Of a DNA stretch of 64,000 nucleotides, positions 1 to 13,354 are shown piece by piece (the first letter of the stretch is position 1; every line of letters starts with the position of its first letter). Source of the DNA: Octopus vulgaris (lineage: Eukaryota). The position numbers and the translations under genes were made by a program. The stretch covers positions 113,398,001 through 113,462,000 of the forward strand of contig OX597820.1 in NCBI GenBank assembly GCA_951406725.2, in the 5' to 3' direction. The notes under the pieces were generated by a model, which had not been told where the DNA came from, searched no databases, and saw only the letters and a list, made by a program, of their open reading frames with translations.

Positions 1-327
1 CAACTACATGATTCCGGCTTCAATCTCACTGTGTGTCACATTGGGCAAATGTCTTCTACTATAGCCAAGGAACAATCAAAAACTTGAGTGGATTTGGTAG
101 ATGGAAACTGAAAGAAACCCGTCATGTGTGTTTGTGTGTGTGTGAGAGAGAGAGAGAGAGAAACCGATGTTGGTGTATTTACGTCCCTGTAACTTAGTGA
201 TTCGGCAAAAGAGACCGATAGAATAAGTACTAGGTTTAACAAAAAACAAACAAATAAGTATGGGACCGATTCATTCGACTAAAAATTCAAGGTAATGTCC
301 CATAACTGAAACAAGTAAAAGATAGAA
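1..327 (+). mobile_element. tRNA-derived SINE family A, degenerate copy with head cut by window edge
   Basis: Matches the copies at 15981 and 37400 (ttgggcaaatgtcttctactatagcc...gagtggatttggtagatggaaactgaaagaa...gagaccgatagaataagtact). Confidence 0.8.
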
Positions 328-562
328 GAAAAGCTTTACTAAATACGTAAATAGTATTCACTCTTCATAAGAATTATTTATTACTTCCCAATTAAGAAAG
401 AAACTATTATAGAACGGAAGTTTTTAATTGTAAATATACGACACAAGATAGATGGTCCCTAAACAGACTTCAAATGTTAATGGTGTAACAAGAAATATGC
501 TGTGATCGTCTTATACAAATATATAAGTTAATGAACATGTTGTGGGACAATGACCCTTCTTC

Positions 563-640
<78 letters not shown>

Positions 641-2011
641 GCCCAACAATTACAAACTGATTAACATATATATAGGATGCCTAAACACTGGGACAAGGAA
701 ATCAAGAAGTCTTCTTGAAATAGAAAATAATGTCCATAGTCTTATGTAAATTAAATTAACTGATGCTGGTCATTCGTGAAATTGTGAGATTATCATATTA
801 ACTTTAATCACATGACTGTTTCATCTCATATTGTTCAAAACGGAATTTCTGTTTGTTCTGTTTGAAGTCATTTAAAATGAATTTCATGCAAAGGATTTAT
901 AACTCGAAGTTTTAATTTGAAGGAAAAGGAAAGAAAAATTGCGTGTGAGAAAAAAATTTGTACTCTTGATTCAGTTTTAAACATCCTTAAATGAAGACCT
1001 TTGTTGAGGCTTAAATCTTATACTAACAACATTCATTGTTGGTTGCATGGTTAATACTACCTTATATGAAATTGCTCTTGGTATAAAAAAATGCTTTATT
1101 TCTAACTGTGGATGTTATCTTTCGTATGACGAGGAGTCTTGGGAATATATTTTTGCTTGTGATGAAGGCAAGCAATCCGAAACTTCGAAGTCACTACCAA
1201 ACTTTTTCCCTCTAAAAGTTTAATAAATATTTATTCGCCTAAAATATTGAGTTATCTTTCAGTTTCATGTTAAATTGTTTTCTATATACAACTTGATATA
1301 AAACCAAACATTTAGATAAATGGAGACGTGTGTGGATGGTGCGTAAAAGTGTGCGTATGAAAGGAGAGAAAATATATGTAAAAGACAGTCTATCTGCTCT
1401 CTAACCTTTCTCTGTTTCTCCTCTCCTTATAGTCTTTAGTTCTCTCTGGCAAACGACTTCTCCCTCGTTGCCGAACAGTCATTGTGTATTGCAAGAAGTT
1501 TTATTTGTACAGTTCTGGATGTTAAATTTTAGAACGAAGTGTTGCTTTCTAAGTCTTCCTTTCATTTCCCCGTCTTCCGGTATGTCCATTACGACGAATG
1601 TAACTTAGACCTTCGATAAATACGGAACGAGAAAATAAATACCAAACTAAATTAAGCACCGTTGTCAAATGATCGACTAAAACGTTTGGAAGTGATGCTC
1701 CAGTATTGCTGTAACCCTCCCCCTTTCTCTCTCTCTCTCTCTTCCTCTCTCTACATAACGCCAATAATACACTTGCTCCATTTTTATATATAAGCATTCA
1801 AACAGAAAGCAAATGCAATGTCACGCCCGTTTTCATCCAAGATACAAATAAATACATGGCATACATACAATATACAAACATGATCATCAAAGATAAAAAA
1901 ATAAAAACTTTACAAAATACCATTTATAAAATCCACACTTGGAACGATATTTAGTTTCTCCGTCACAAACGAACCACAACATACAGAAATACCCAAAATA
2001 AAACAAATATT

Positions 2012-2722
2012 CTTTTCTACTCTAGGCACAAGCCCGAAATTTGGGGGGAGGGGTCCAGTCGATTAGATCGACCTCTGTACGCAACTGTGGAGGCACATGG
2101 CCTAATGGTTAGAGCAGCGGACTCACGATCGAGGGATCGCGGGTTCGAATCTCAGACCTGGCGATGTGTGTGTTTAAGAGCGAAACACCTAAGCTCCACG
2201 CGGCTCCGGCAGAAGGTAATGGCGAAACTTCTGCTGACTCTTTCACCACAACTTTCTCCCACTCTTCTCTCCTGCATCTTGCAGCTCACCTGCGACGGAC
2301 CGGCGTCCCGTTCAGGTGGGGAACCTATACGCCAAGAAACCGGGAAACCGGCCCTTATGAGCCAGGCATGGCTCGAGAAGGAACAAACATTACGCAACTG
2401 GTACTTAATTTATTGACTCCGAAAGGATGAAAGGCAAAGTCGACCTCGACGGAATTTGAATTCGGAACATAAAGACAGACGAAATACCTATTTCTTTTAC
2501 TACCCACAAGGGGCTAAACACAGAGGGGACAAACAAGGACAGACAAACGGATTAAGTCGATTATATCGACCCCAGTGCGTAACTGGTACTTAATTTATCG
2601 ACCCCGAAAGGATGAAAGGCAAAGTCGGCTTCGGCGGAATTTGAACTCAGAACGTAGCGACAGACGAAATACCGCTAAGCATTTCGCCCGGCGTGCTAAC
2701 ATTTCTGCTTGCACGCCGCCTT
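2012..2722 (-). mobile_element. Composite SINE family B: a B1-tail unit (2489-2722) fused to a B2-tail unit, itself interrupted by SINE C
   Basis: Family B sequence on the minus strand; the whole composite is flanked by the 19-bp TSD ccaaaataaaacaaatatt (1993-2011 and 2723-2741). Confidence 0.9.
2088..2390 (+). mobile_element. tRNA-derived SINE family C nested in SINE B
   Basis: A box tggcctaatgg and B box ggttcgaatc; 10-bp TSD tacgcaactg at 2078-2087 and 2391-2400. Confidence 0.9.
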
Positions 2723-3722
2723 CCAAAATAAAACAAATATTAATCAACATGAGGCATTCTCACAGACTAATAGATAGGAACATAGACGAGTACTTCAAGA
2801 AAATTAACGGAAAACACACACCTATTAAAAATATGTGTATCGTATTAATCTAATGCATATATTAATCCTGAATTAATATTACACCGTTTATTGAGTACTC
2901 TCTTCATCTTTCAGTGACAAATAGTAACATTAGAACACACAAGCATACACGCGCACACAAACTTAACTCATATACATACATATATCACTATATTGTATTG
3001 AATACACGATTATCTTCTAGTTTTATCTTATTTATCAAAATATTTTCATAATTTTCACGGGAGTTTCTTGAAATATATTTCGAATAATAAATATTCTAAA
3101 TCCAACATTAATACTCTTAGATCTTCACAGTTTCGTCTTCAGTCTGAAGTGATATATTGCTGTCTTCAAAAAATATTAGAACCATCTTAACAATAACAAG
3201 CTACAAGCATGTAAATTTATGATTAAGCTACTAATAACCAATGTAAATTCGCTTGCAAACGTAGTAGTTGTAGTTTTCACAACTCCAACTGTTATATTGA
3301 TCATACAAACATTCACTGACCAGTCCACCAAGCTCACTAGCGGCAATGCACTATTTCATGCGACACAAAACAGGAAAATAGTAGACAACATGTCTACACA
3401 AAACCAGACTATTATGAAAGAAACACAATATGAATTAGTGAAAAAATGAAAATAACCATCTGACTGATGACGTATAAATGTAATAGTAAAAATTTAAATC
3501 CCCATGGAAACATATATATCTACTACATTGGTTCTGTCTACTATAAATGGACAGCAACCTACGTTGATATCACTCCTGAAGATAAGACTGTGAAGTTCTT
3601 AAAATATTAAGATTTTAAATGTTTACTCTTTGAAACAAATTTCAAGGAAATTATGTGAAGAGGTTTCGATGAAAAATAAAATTGGAGTAGTCTTGATATC
3701 AAACCAACATACAAACATGTGT

Positions 3723-3755
<33 letters not shown>

Positions 3756-4092
3756 CGTATGTGAGTGTGTGGGCGTATGTGAGTGTGTTCAAACGTTGCA
3801 ATTTTTTTTACCAAATAATGGAAAATGGTGTAGAGTATAAGTTTCGTTGAAATTGTGCTTTTTCTTGCACTTTTGGTATTCGGGCTTATTTTGTATACAT
3901 TGCAGGAAGGGGCATTCTTTTGTTTAGGGCTATCCATTTTATAGATTGCTTTCTGATATTGCTTTATTAGGGTGAATTCTATGTCGTCGTCTTTCATTGG
4001 CTAATTCATCGGTCGTCCTGTTTTTGCTTGTAGTTTTCTGTTTGAGTAATATTGGCACAATTGCGTATTTCAGATATTCGGTATACATACCG

Positions 4093-4326
4093 AGATGGCG
4101 GCGAACTGGTAGAATCGTTAGCGCGCCTGACGAAATGCTTAGCAGTATTTCGCCTGTCGCTACGTTCTGAGTTCAAATTCCGCCGAAGTTGACTTTGCCT
4201 TTCACCCTTCCGGGGTCGATTAAATAAATACCAGTTACGCACTGGGTCGATATGATCGACTTAATCCGTGAGTTTGCCCTTGTTTGTCCTCTCTGTGTTT
4301 AGCCCCTTGTGGGTAGTAAAGAAATA
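4093..4326 (+). mobile_element. SINE family B (B1 tail), full length
   Basis: ggcggcgaactggtagaatcgttag...gagttcaaattcc...gtagtaaagaaata; TSD ggtatacataccg at 4080-4092 and 4327-4339. Confidence 0.92.
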
Positions 4327-4459
4327 GGTATACATACCGCGTGGTTTCATGTGTCGATTTGATTGCGTAACACTTTGAACAAATCTATTTTACTATGGAT
4401 CAGATTACCCAAAGCCGAAGCCCACATGTGTGAATGTATACAGACACACACATGCATAC

Positions 4460-4890
4460 ACACGTGTGTGTGTGTGTGTGTGTATGTATGTTTGTATGTA
4501 TGTTGGGGTATGTATGTATGTGTGTGTATGTGTGTATATGTCTGTATTTATGTGTGTATATGTCTGTATTTATGTGTGTACATGTCTGTATTTATGTATG
4601 TGTGTGTCTGTGTATGTATATATGTATATATGTGTGTATGTATGCATGTATGTATGTATGCATGTATGTATGTATGCATGTATGTATGTATGTATGTATG
4701 TATGTATGTATGTATGTATGTATGTATGTATGTATGTATGAATATGTGTGCGTGTGTATGTATGTATGTATGCATGTATGTATGTATGTGTATGTATGTA
4801 TGTATGTATGTATGAATATGTGTGCGTGTGTATGCGTATGTATGTATGTATGTATGTATGTATGTGCGTGAGTGCGTATGTATGCATGTA
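4460..4890. repeat. Compound (GT)n/(GTAT)n microsatellite
   Basis: Direct reading. Confidence 0.95.
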
Positions 4891-5407
4891 AATATAAAAA
4901 CGTAAAGCACAAAATCGGGTTTTCGCGTTTCTGTTTCCTTTCCCGCAAATTGTAACCTAACGCTTATACACGAGGATGACTAAGAAAAGAAGATATTATA
5001 GGATGCGAGGAATAAAGTTAAGGCTTGAAGTGAAACAAAAATATAAAGGGAGAAGAAGCGAAAAGAGAAACTAGAGAGAAGCTTTTGATCTTTGGCACTC
5101 TAAAGATAGATCGTTATTCCTATTTTGTAGTCTTTTGGAAAGTAAAAAGGCAAGAGTTAGTCTGTCACTTGTAACAGATAAGCTTCATCTTTTTATCAGG
5201 ACACTGGCTTTGTTTCAATTAATTTCGAATTTAATGAATTTAGTAAAATGATTGTCATTATTAAGGTGGTACTAGGAACATAAAGAAGCATAAAATTTTG
5301 ATATAAAGTTTTCATTTAGCCCACTTGAAACCCCCTTTTTTTACCATAATAATATTGAAATACACTGCTTTTGTTTCAGTTAATTTTGAAAATGATGAGA
5401 AATTAAC

Positions 5408-5857
5408 GGATCTTTTCGGTTTGACCGGCAGTTTTTTCTAGCTGTGTCATATGAAATTGTCACCCATAATAATGACCCTAGTATCAATCTATTGCATTTC
5501 AATTTGTTTTAGGGTTAGCGTTAGCTAAGGTTAGTTAGGGTTAGGGTTAGGGTTAGGGATGGGGGGAAGGGTATCTTTTTTTCTTCAGAAATGTAAATAA
5601 ACACAATCTGTTTCTTAAACGAGGGACATATTCATACGGCACAGAATGTTTTCACCTCAATAGACGTCATTGATTGGTTGAAATATCAGAAATTGAAGAA
5701 AATAAAACAACAAATATCTTACAAACTATAGAATTTTCTCAATGAAGCCAAGAGAAAAAGATGTTTTATAAAAACATTCTACCAGTATTCGAAGTTTAAA
5801 GGTGTTTAGTTACGTGGTAATTATTTTAAAAAACTGCCGGTCAAACCGAAAAGATCC
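5408..5857. mobile_element. MITE with 30-bp perfect TIRs, possibly Merlin-like, with an internal TTAGGG tract
   Basis: TIR ggatcttttcggtttgaccggcagtttttt (5408-5437) and its reverse complement (5828-5857); 8-bp near-TSD aaattaac/aaatttac. Confidence 0.88.
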
Positions 5858-6128
5858 AAATTTACTATAATAACAGTCATTATTAAGCTGGGATTTGGAA
5901 AATAAATTAACATGAAAGATTGATGGAAGCCTTTAATTTATCTCACTTTAAAACAAGAAGTTTGTATCATGGATCCAAGTGCGGTCTTCGGTGAATTAGT
6001 GTGAGAAGGAAGACTACTAGATACCTTTCAAACAGTAGACGTCACACAGCTAGATTAATTGATTAATGCACAGAACGTTCTGAGAATGAAAATTCCCAGA
6101 TGATTTGACGCCTATGATTTGGCGACCA

Positions 6129-6506
6129 TACTCTTTTACTCTTTTACTGGCCATGCTGGAGCACCACCTTTAGTCGAGCAAACCGACCCCAGGACTTATT
6201 CTTTGTAAGCCTAGTACTTATTATATCGGTCTCCTTTTGCCGAACCGCTAAGTTACGGGGACGTAAACACACCAGCATCGGTTTTCAAGCGATGTTTGGT
6301 GGGGGGGCAAACACAGAAACACACATACATATATATACATATACGACGGGCTTCTTCCAGTTTCCGTCTACCTAATCCACTCACAAGGCTTTGGTCGGCC
6401 CGAGGCTATAGTAGAAGATACTTGCCCAAAGTGCCACGCAGTGGGACTGAACACGGAACCTTGTGGCTGGTAAGCAAGCTACTTACCACACAGCCACTCC
6501 TGCACC
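6129..6506 (-). mobile_element. SINE family A
   Basis: Reverse complement of the 15981 copy with a gtaaaagagtaaaagag tail. Confidence 0.92.
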
Positions 6507-6904
6507 ATGTAAATGTTTAGTGCACTGAAACTTACTCTAATTAATATAATCATTATTCCTGTCAGAAGCTGATCGAAGGTTAAACATTCGCATGGACCAG
6601 ATCATCTGATACTGATCCCTGACTGACAGCTTGTTGAACTGATTGATAAACTGCGCTTTGACACTTTACTGTATTGACCTGGTACTAACTTAATATCGGG
6701 GAAAGTGTTGTATCAATCCAATCGGTCATCTCAAATCTAGAAACTTGAAAGGACCGAAGGAGATATAACCAAGTTTTACTGATTACAACTCTATTTCACG
6801 CATATATATTTATCAATTAATAGTTAATTGAACATAAACATATCAAATGCAATGAACTTTAAATAATTTAATTCGGAATAGTTAAGCACCGAGGAAAAAA
6901 ATTT

Positions 6905-7553
6905 GAGTTTCAAATTTTGGCACAAAGCTAACAATGTCGAGAGGGTGGGGCTAAATCGATTATATCGACCCAGTTTTCGACTCGCAGTTATTTTATCGGC
7001 CCCAGTATTCAACTGGTGCTTATTTTATTGACCCTGAGAGGATAAAAGGCAAAGTCGACCTCAGCAGAATTTGAACTCAGAACATAAAGACGCGCGAAAT
7101 GTCGCTAAGCAATTTGTCCGGCGTGCTAACGTTTCTCATTTCTTTATTGCCCACAAGGGGCTAAACTCAGAGGGGACAAACAAGGACAGACAAACGGAGT
7201 AAGTCGATTACATCGACCCCAGTGCGTAACTGTTACTTATTTAATCGACCCCGAAAGGATGAAAGGCAGTGTCGACCTCGGTGGAATTTGAACTCAGAAC
7301 GTAGCGGCAGACGAAATACCTATTTCTTGACTACCCACAAGGGGCTAAACACAGAGAGGATAAACAAGGACAGACAAAAGGATTAAGTCGATTATATCGA
7401 CCCCAGTGCGTAACTGGTACTTATTTAATCGACCCCGAAAGGATGAAAGGCAAAGTCGACCTCGGTGGAATTTGAACTCAGGACGTGGCGGCAGACGAAA
7501 TACCGCTAAGCATTTCGCCCGGCGCGCTAACGTTTCTGCCAGCTCGCCGTCTT
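6905..7553 (-). mobile_element. SINE family B head-to-tail trimer (two B1 units plus an older B2-type unit)
   Basis: Three successive family B bodies with junctions at about 7320 and about 7137. Confidence 0.88.
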
Positions 7554-7878
7554 GATCTGAGAAAAATGTTAGTCAATGAATAATATTTTTTTTAAATCAC
7601 CATATGCACTATGAATAGCAAAACTCAAATTAATGACATGCGTATCTATTCTTAACATATTCCGGCGGATTCGAACAAGAGTCTACTGATTGCTGTTGCA
7701 TTTCGTCATTGGAGAACGACTCTTTCAGACAAATGTATGTTCAGAATACGCTCAATTCATTGGAGTGGGAACACGTTGAGAACAGGGGGTTTAATTTTGT
7801 TGCGCAATTTTTTCAATCCAAGCTAGACTAGACCAATGAATCTTATAAGTTATTGGTTCGATCTGGTATAGCTGTAGC

Positions 7879-8111
7879 AAGGCGGCGAGCTGGCAGAAAC
7901 GTTAGCGCGCCGGGCGAAATGCGTAGCCGTATTTCGTCTGCCGCTACGTTCTGAGTTCAAATTCCGCCGAGGTCGACTTTGCCTTTCATCCTTTCGGGGT
8001 CGATAAATTAAGTACCAGTTACGCACTGGAGTCGATGTAATCGACTTAATCCGCTTGTCTGTCCTTGTTTGTCCCCTCTGTGTTTAGCCCCTTGAGGGTA
8101 GTAAAGAAATA
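7879..8111 (+). mobile_element. SINE family B (B1 tail), full length
   Basis: TSD ggta(t/c)agctgtagc at 7865-7878 and 8112-8125. Confidence 0.92.
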
Positions 8112-9849
8112 GGTACAGCTGTAGCTGAGGAGATAGACAAGGAGAGAGGCAAGGATGAAACACTGGTGTTCCCCCACCAACAACAACAACGAATCGAGTG
8201 TGAAATGAACACACATTCGTCTGAAAGGAGATGTTACTCAACGAAATACACCAGCGATTAGTATACACACGTTCAAATCTGCTGGAAAGTATTAAGAATG
8301 AATACGTCTGTTTCGTAATGTTGTTTTAATTATTTCGACAAGCATAGGAAACATCACGAGCTTAGGTATAAGCTCCCCAAAGAAGTATAGACTTCATCAT
8401 ACTTGCAGAAGTTGTGATGAGAAAATTACTTAGTAAATGTACCGTAAATACAGGCGTGTCGCGTGACTTTTAGATGCCTTCTGCTACTTTTGTTTCGAGG
8501 ATCCATCCCCTCAGTCAAAATTTATAATCTACGCACCTTTTATTCATAGCTATATTTTACTTTATTCTGTCTGAAGTTCAATATTTCACCTTATCCTAAA
8601 GAGCATATTTAGATATGCTCTTTAGTGGTACAATGAAATATTTTTATAAGAACTTTTGCAGGTACAATGCATTACCATTTTATTTCTTGAAATTTTCAGT
8701 TAACAGAGTTTAATTATTGTTCAACATCTTAACCAAAGTAATAGATGACTCATCTACGTATTTTGATTTTAACATGGGGCACTGCAACCGCGGAGGTCAC
8801 CTGCAACCGTACGGGTTACAGGGGCTTAGCGATGGCCCTGCATAAATAACACTGGCTGATGGTGAAAATTATATTTTATAGAATGAATTAATCGGAGAAA
8901 TTAACCAATAAATTTCTTAGGAATAAAATAAAATTACGTTACGTTAAATTATTATTAGTTGCATTGTACCATGTCCATCGGCCAAGAGAATTGATTCTCA
9001 ACTGACATAGTCCACCTAGCTGAGAGAGAATGGAAAACTTACCGCTGGGTTGTAGAAATAGTAAAAGATATAGTGGTACTTGAAAATTGACTCTGCCTCC
9101 AGTGATTAGTGAAGATGAGTTCGATTACATGTGGGAGTCCGAAAAAGTTTGCTATTCATTGAACAGCTGATAAGAATATAGCCAAATGTCTTCGCCTCCG
9201 TCTGCCCATCTACTTGTCGGTTGAGAACTAATATTTCTTCTGATAAGTTCTGAGTTCTGCGTATACAGGCATCGATCACCGAGTGTATATACCACTCAGC
9301 TAACTTTGATATTTAAATGTGTGTGTCGATGGATGGATGGATGGATGGATGTGTATGTTTGTATTATTTATTTAAAGGTCACAATACTTGTATTAAAGCG
9401 CTACTAATAGTTTCATATGTTGAGAAAACTCAATCATATTCTTAAGAAATTGAATGATAGAAGAAACGCGAAAAACTGAGAAGGCAGCATATAAAAAACG
9501 CATACAGTAAACAACGGAAAACGGAAAATGTAAAAAGTAAAAAAGTAAAAGACCTTAAATGATAAGGCTAGAATGGTATCAGTTCAGTCAGGAATAGGCG
9601 GAATTTTCCAATTCTTCAAAATATATTTATACATATGCATGCAACCACTGAAAATTTCTTTTTCAGCGATCACATCTGCTTCACCTCCCAAGCTAACCAA
9701 TCATATCTATCGACTTTTCTTTCTTTCTTATCGCATACATTGTTGTCAGCTGAGCATGCTATATCTATGATCCAGCACCGTTTGCTTTCTTTCTCAACAC
9801 TATGTCTGGTTTCCTATTCTCTATCTCATGGTCGCACTGATTCATAAAA

Positions 9850-12290
9850 TCTCATAGGACCTTTGCATTATAATTTTCGATGATGCCTTCGAGTTTATGT
9901 TCGTACTACTTTTTTTCTCAGTCAAGTCCACAATTTTTGCAAAGTGTCCAATGGACAATCCTTACTATGTTGTCATGACGTCTCTTATATTCTTTCTGGG
10001 CGAGTGGTGTACATTGACTGGTAATATGCCATACGTCTTCATCATTTTGCACTTATCTCTTTTTGATGTGTTGTTTATTCTGTATTTGATGTAATTGTTT
10101 CTGAATGCTTGCTCTTGGGCAGCACAGATTAGAGCCTCTGTTTCTGATTTTAAATCACTTTTAGTCATCCATAGCCGTCTTTTTTCTCTGTCTGTCTTAT
10201 CTTCAACATCCCTATGAAATTGTCCATGCATTCCTTTCTTTATCCAACTATTTTCAGTTTCATTCATTCTCAAGTGCTTGTACAGTACTTTATCTTTACA
10301 ATCTTCCATCCTACATAAGTCTGACCTTACTTCCAATAATAGCGGTTTTGTGGCATTTTTACATACCATGCTATGTTGTTTTCTTCTGCTCTAGTCTCCA
10401 CCTTAAATTTTTCTGTCATTTCTTTCTCTATCAGTTTATCGATTTCCAATATCCCCAAGTACTTATAGCCCGTCTCTTCTATTTGCTTCAAAACATTCCC
10501 CGACGGTATCGCTAACCCGTCCATACATTTGATTTTGCCTCACTTCAAGATTAACATACCATACTTCTTCAGTTCTAACTCCATTATATCAGCACTGAAA
10601 GTATACAGCGTATCAACGAGGGAACTGACTTGAGATTCATCTTTATCATAAAGTTTGAAGTCATCCATGAATAACAAATGGTTGACTTTTTGTTGGCGGC
10701 TCTTGAATACATACACAGCCTTTGCTTTCCTCGGAATCAGTGTTAGTGGTATCATGCACAGTCCAAAGGTCCGTGGGGACAGGCAGTCCCCTTGGAAGAT
10801 GCCTCTCCTGATTTCTATTTTCCCTAAAATTCTTCCATAAGTTGTCAGTTCCGTCCTCCACTTCGCCATACTTTTTCCAAGCAATCACTCAACATTCTAT
10901 GCAATACCAAATAGGTTCATACATTCCATAATCCAAGAATGTGAGATAATATCGTATGCCTTACGATAATCGATTCATGACATGGCTAAGTTAGTTTTCT
11001 TCCTCTTGCAGTCTCTAAGTACAGTTTTGTCTACCAGGAGTTGACTCTTGTTACCTCTGCCCTTACGCTTGAACTCCTGCTCAAGTGGAAGGATTCCATG
11101 CTTTTCCAGATGTCCGTACATTGGCTTTGCGACTATTCCAGTCAATAATTTTTACATAAGTGTCAAACAGGATATCGGCCTGTAATTGTCTTCCGTATCG
11201 CCTTTTCCGATGTTTTCCGAGCAAAACACTGTCCCACCCATTGTCAACTACTCTGGTGTTAATTGGTCGGCATTTAACAAGGTGTTGAGTTGCACAGCTA
11301 TTCGTGCATGACATTCACCAAATCTTTTGATCCAGTAGTCTTGAAATCCATCTGGTCCCGGGGCCTTCCATTTGTCCATTTTTTGCTGATTTCCTTTACT
11401 TCCCTAACTGAAATGACTAGCTCTGGCCTGTTGTGGGCAAACTACTGTTTGTTTCAGTTCTTGCAGCCATTCAGCATCCTTCTTTCGCTCTTTGTCTTTG
11501 CTCCAGATGTCACTCCAAAATCTTTCACTTTCAATGTTATCTGGTATCAACTTTTCATCTGTACACCCTGCATTTATTTCTTTGTAGAATCTCTTCTGAT
11601 CTACCCTGAATAACCTATTCTGCTGCTATCCCTTCATTCTTTGGTCGTATCTTACCATCTTTCACTTGGCTCAATTTCCACCGATCAACCTTTTTATGGT
11701 TGCAAATAATGTCTCTATCGTTCTCCTGTAGCCTTGCCTTTATTCTATCGTAGATTGCCTTTTGTTCATCTGTCATGTTACCATTAATTTTATTATCTTC
11801 TTCCAGACCATCTATATGTCTCTCATCGCGCAAGCTAGCACTGTTCCTCTCCTGTGATTTATTAGAGATCTCACCTCTGTTTTCTGCCGTGAGATTACTT
11901 TTATCAGTAAGAACTGTATTTTCATCGTTTCCACTCCTACTTTCCAATATCCGTCTTTTGATAGCTTCGAGCTCTACTTCTGTGAACCAACGATTTTTTT
12001 CTTATTGCTGAAGCTTGATCACGTAATCTCTTTTCTGTGAGTTGAAACAATCCTCTTTCTCTCCATTGTTCATGCATACGTTGTCGGTATCCCCTAATAT
12101 AAGCACCATTTTCGTCTACAGGATTGCTCAAGTAGTAACACACCATGACCACAACATTGACTTGTTTGTCCCATCTACGCCGTGTGTGCTGGATAACGAC
12201 AGGCTGGAGCCGGACCAGTATCTTTGAGCCTGCCGGGTGCAACACTGTCACCATCAAGTTCTTCAGTTTCATTACCACCGTTATTCACTA
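9850..12290 (-). mobile_element. Decayed R4/Dong-clade non-LTR retrotransposon (N-terminus, RT and start of CCHC region)
   Basis: Frameshifted ORF pieces containing RRGIFQGDCLSP, NHLLFMDDFKLY, YKYLGILE, KGMHGQF and KSETEALICAAQEQ. Confidence 0.88.
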
Positions 12291-12898
12291 TATTTTGTTT
12301 TTTTCATTGTCACTCATATTAGGTAGCGATTATCGGGTTGCGCAATTACCAGTGATTTTATTGTGACACCATCACTCGATGTATCATCGATCTGGACATG
12401 AGGAGATTCCAACCGCTACCTTTCATCATTATTATTGCCATCACTGGTATTATTATTTTCATGTTTTTACTATTTGTCATTGTTAATATTTCCTCTGATC
12501 CGACATGAGTTTTGGCTAATTGTCATTAACACTTTCGTGCTAGTACTAGTTTCCGGGTCTTATCTGTTAGCGTAGACATTATTATTATTATTATCATTAG
12601 TAGTAGTAGTAGTAGTAGTAGTAGCTTTATCACTATTACTAGCGATAGTAGTAGTGGTGGTATCGGTTGTAATGGAGTTATTAATATTAGTATTAGTGGT
12701 GGTGCTATTATTATCAGTCGCCTCAGTTACACTCGTACCTTCATAGGAGGCGGGGGATGTTTCATACCCAGTGCATGGACATGCTAACCACTTAGGTCAT
12801 CCCAGAAACAGCTGTAAGACTTCAAATTAACGTTACCCTAATTAAATTATTCTAAATGACTTGAGATACTCGTTCTGCCATGGTTTTGATTTTCCTCT

Positions 12899-12961
<63 letters not shown>

Positions 12962-13060
12962 AGAAATAAGAGCTAAAATGCTCTAATGCTGTAGTCAAAG
13001 CACCTAATTATATACAAATATACAAACATGGACTATAATCGTCTGAAAACGCCGTTCGAG

Positions 13061-13117
13061 GATTCCTTATACTACATCCAGTTTCGGCAATTTCTGTTGC
13101 CTCATCGGTAAGAATTC
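13061..13117 (-). ncRNA. Type I hammerhead ribozyme (CCGATGA core variant)
   Basis: Minus strand reads gaattctta CCGATGA ggcaa cagaaa ttgcc GAAA ct ggatgt a GTA taaggaatc. Confidence 0.7.
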
Positions 13118-13296
13118 GCTCTACTTTAGTCGCACTCAGTGACAATTATAGTTTTCCTTTTCGGTAAAACATTGCAAACTGCTGTCTATTTTAATTTTAA
13201 GTATACACGTTAGCGATTCCCTAAATCATCCAAATATTACAATGATGAAAACATATACAGACGGAGAATTAAGTCCGAAATCTGCCGAAATAGGGT

Positions 13297-13354
13297 GAGT
13301 CCTTACTGATGAGGCAACCGGATTTGCCGAAACTGAATTAAGTATGAGGAATTC
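13297..13354 (+). ncRNA. Type I hammerhead ribozyme, intact core
   Basis: tcctta CTGATGA ggcaa ccggat ttgcc GAAA ct gaatta a GTA tgagga; stems I, II and III all pair; predicted cleavage after 13344. Confidence 0.85.

Noticed and set aside
1155-1197. HHR-like GTGATGA...GAAActtcgaaGTC
   Set aside because: Palindromic stem III is suggestive, but C3 is lost and stem I does not pair; at best a dead relic.
9106-9162. HHR-like gatgag...gaaa with flanking pairing
   Set aside because: The CU of the core is missing and stems II and III are poor.
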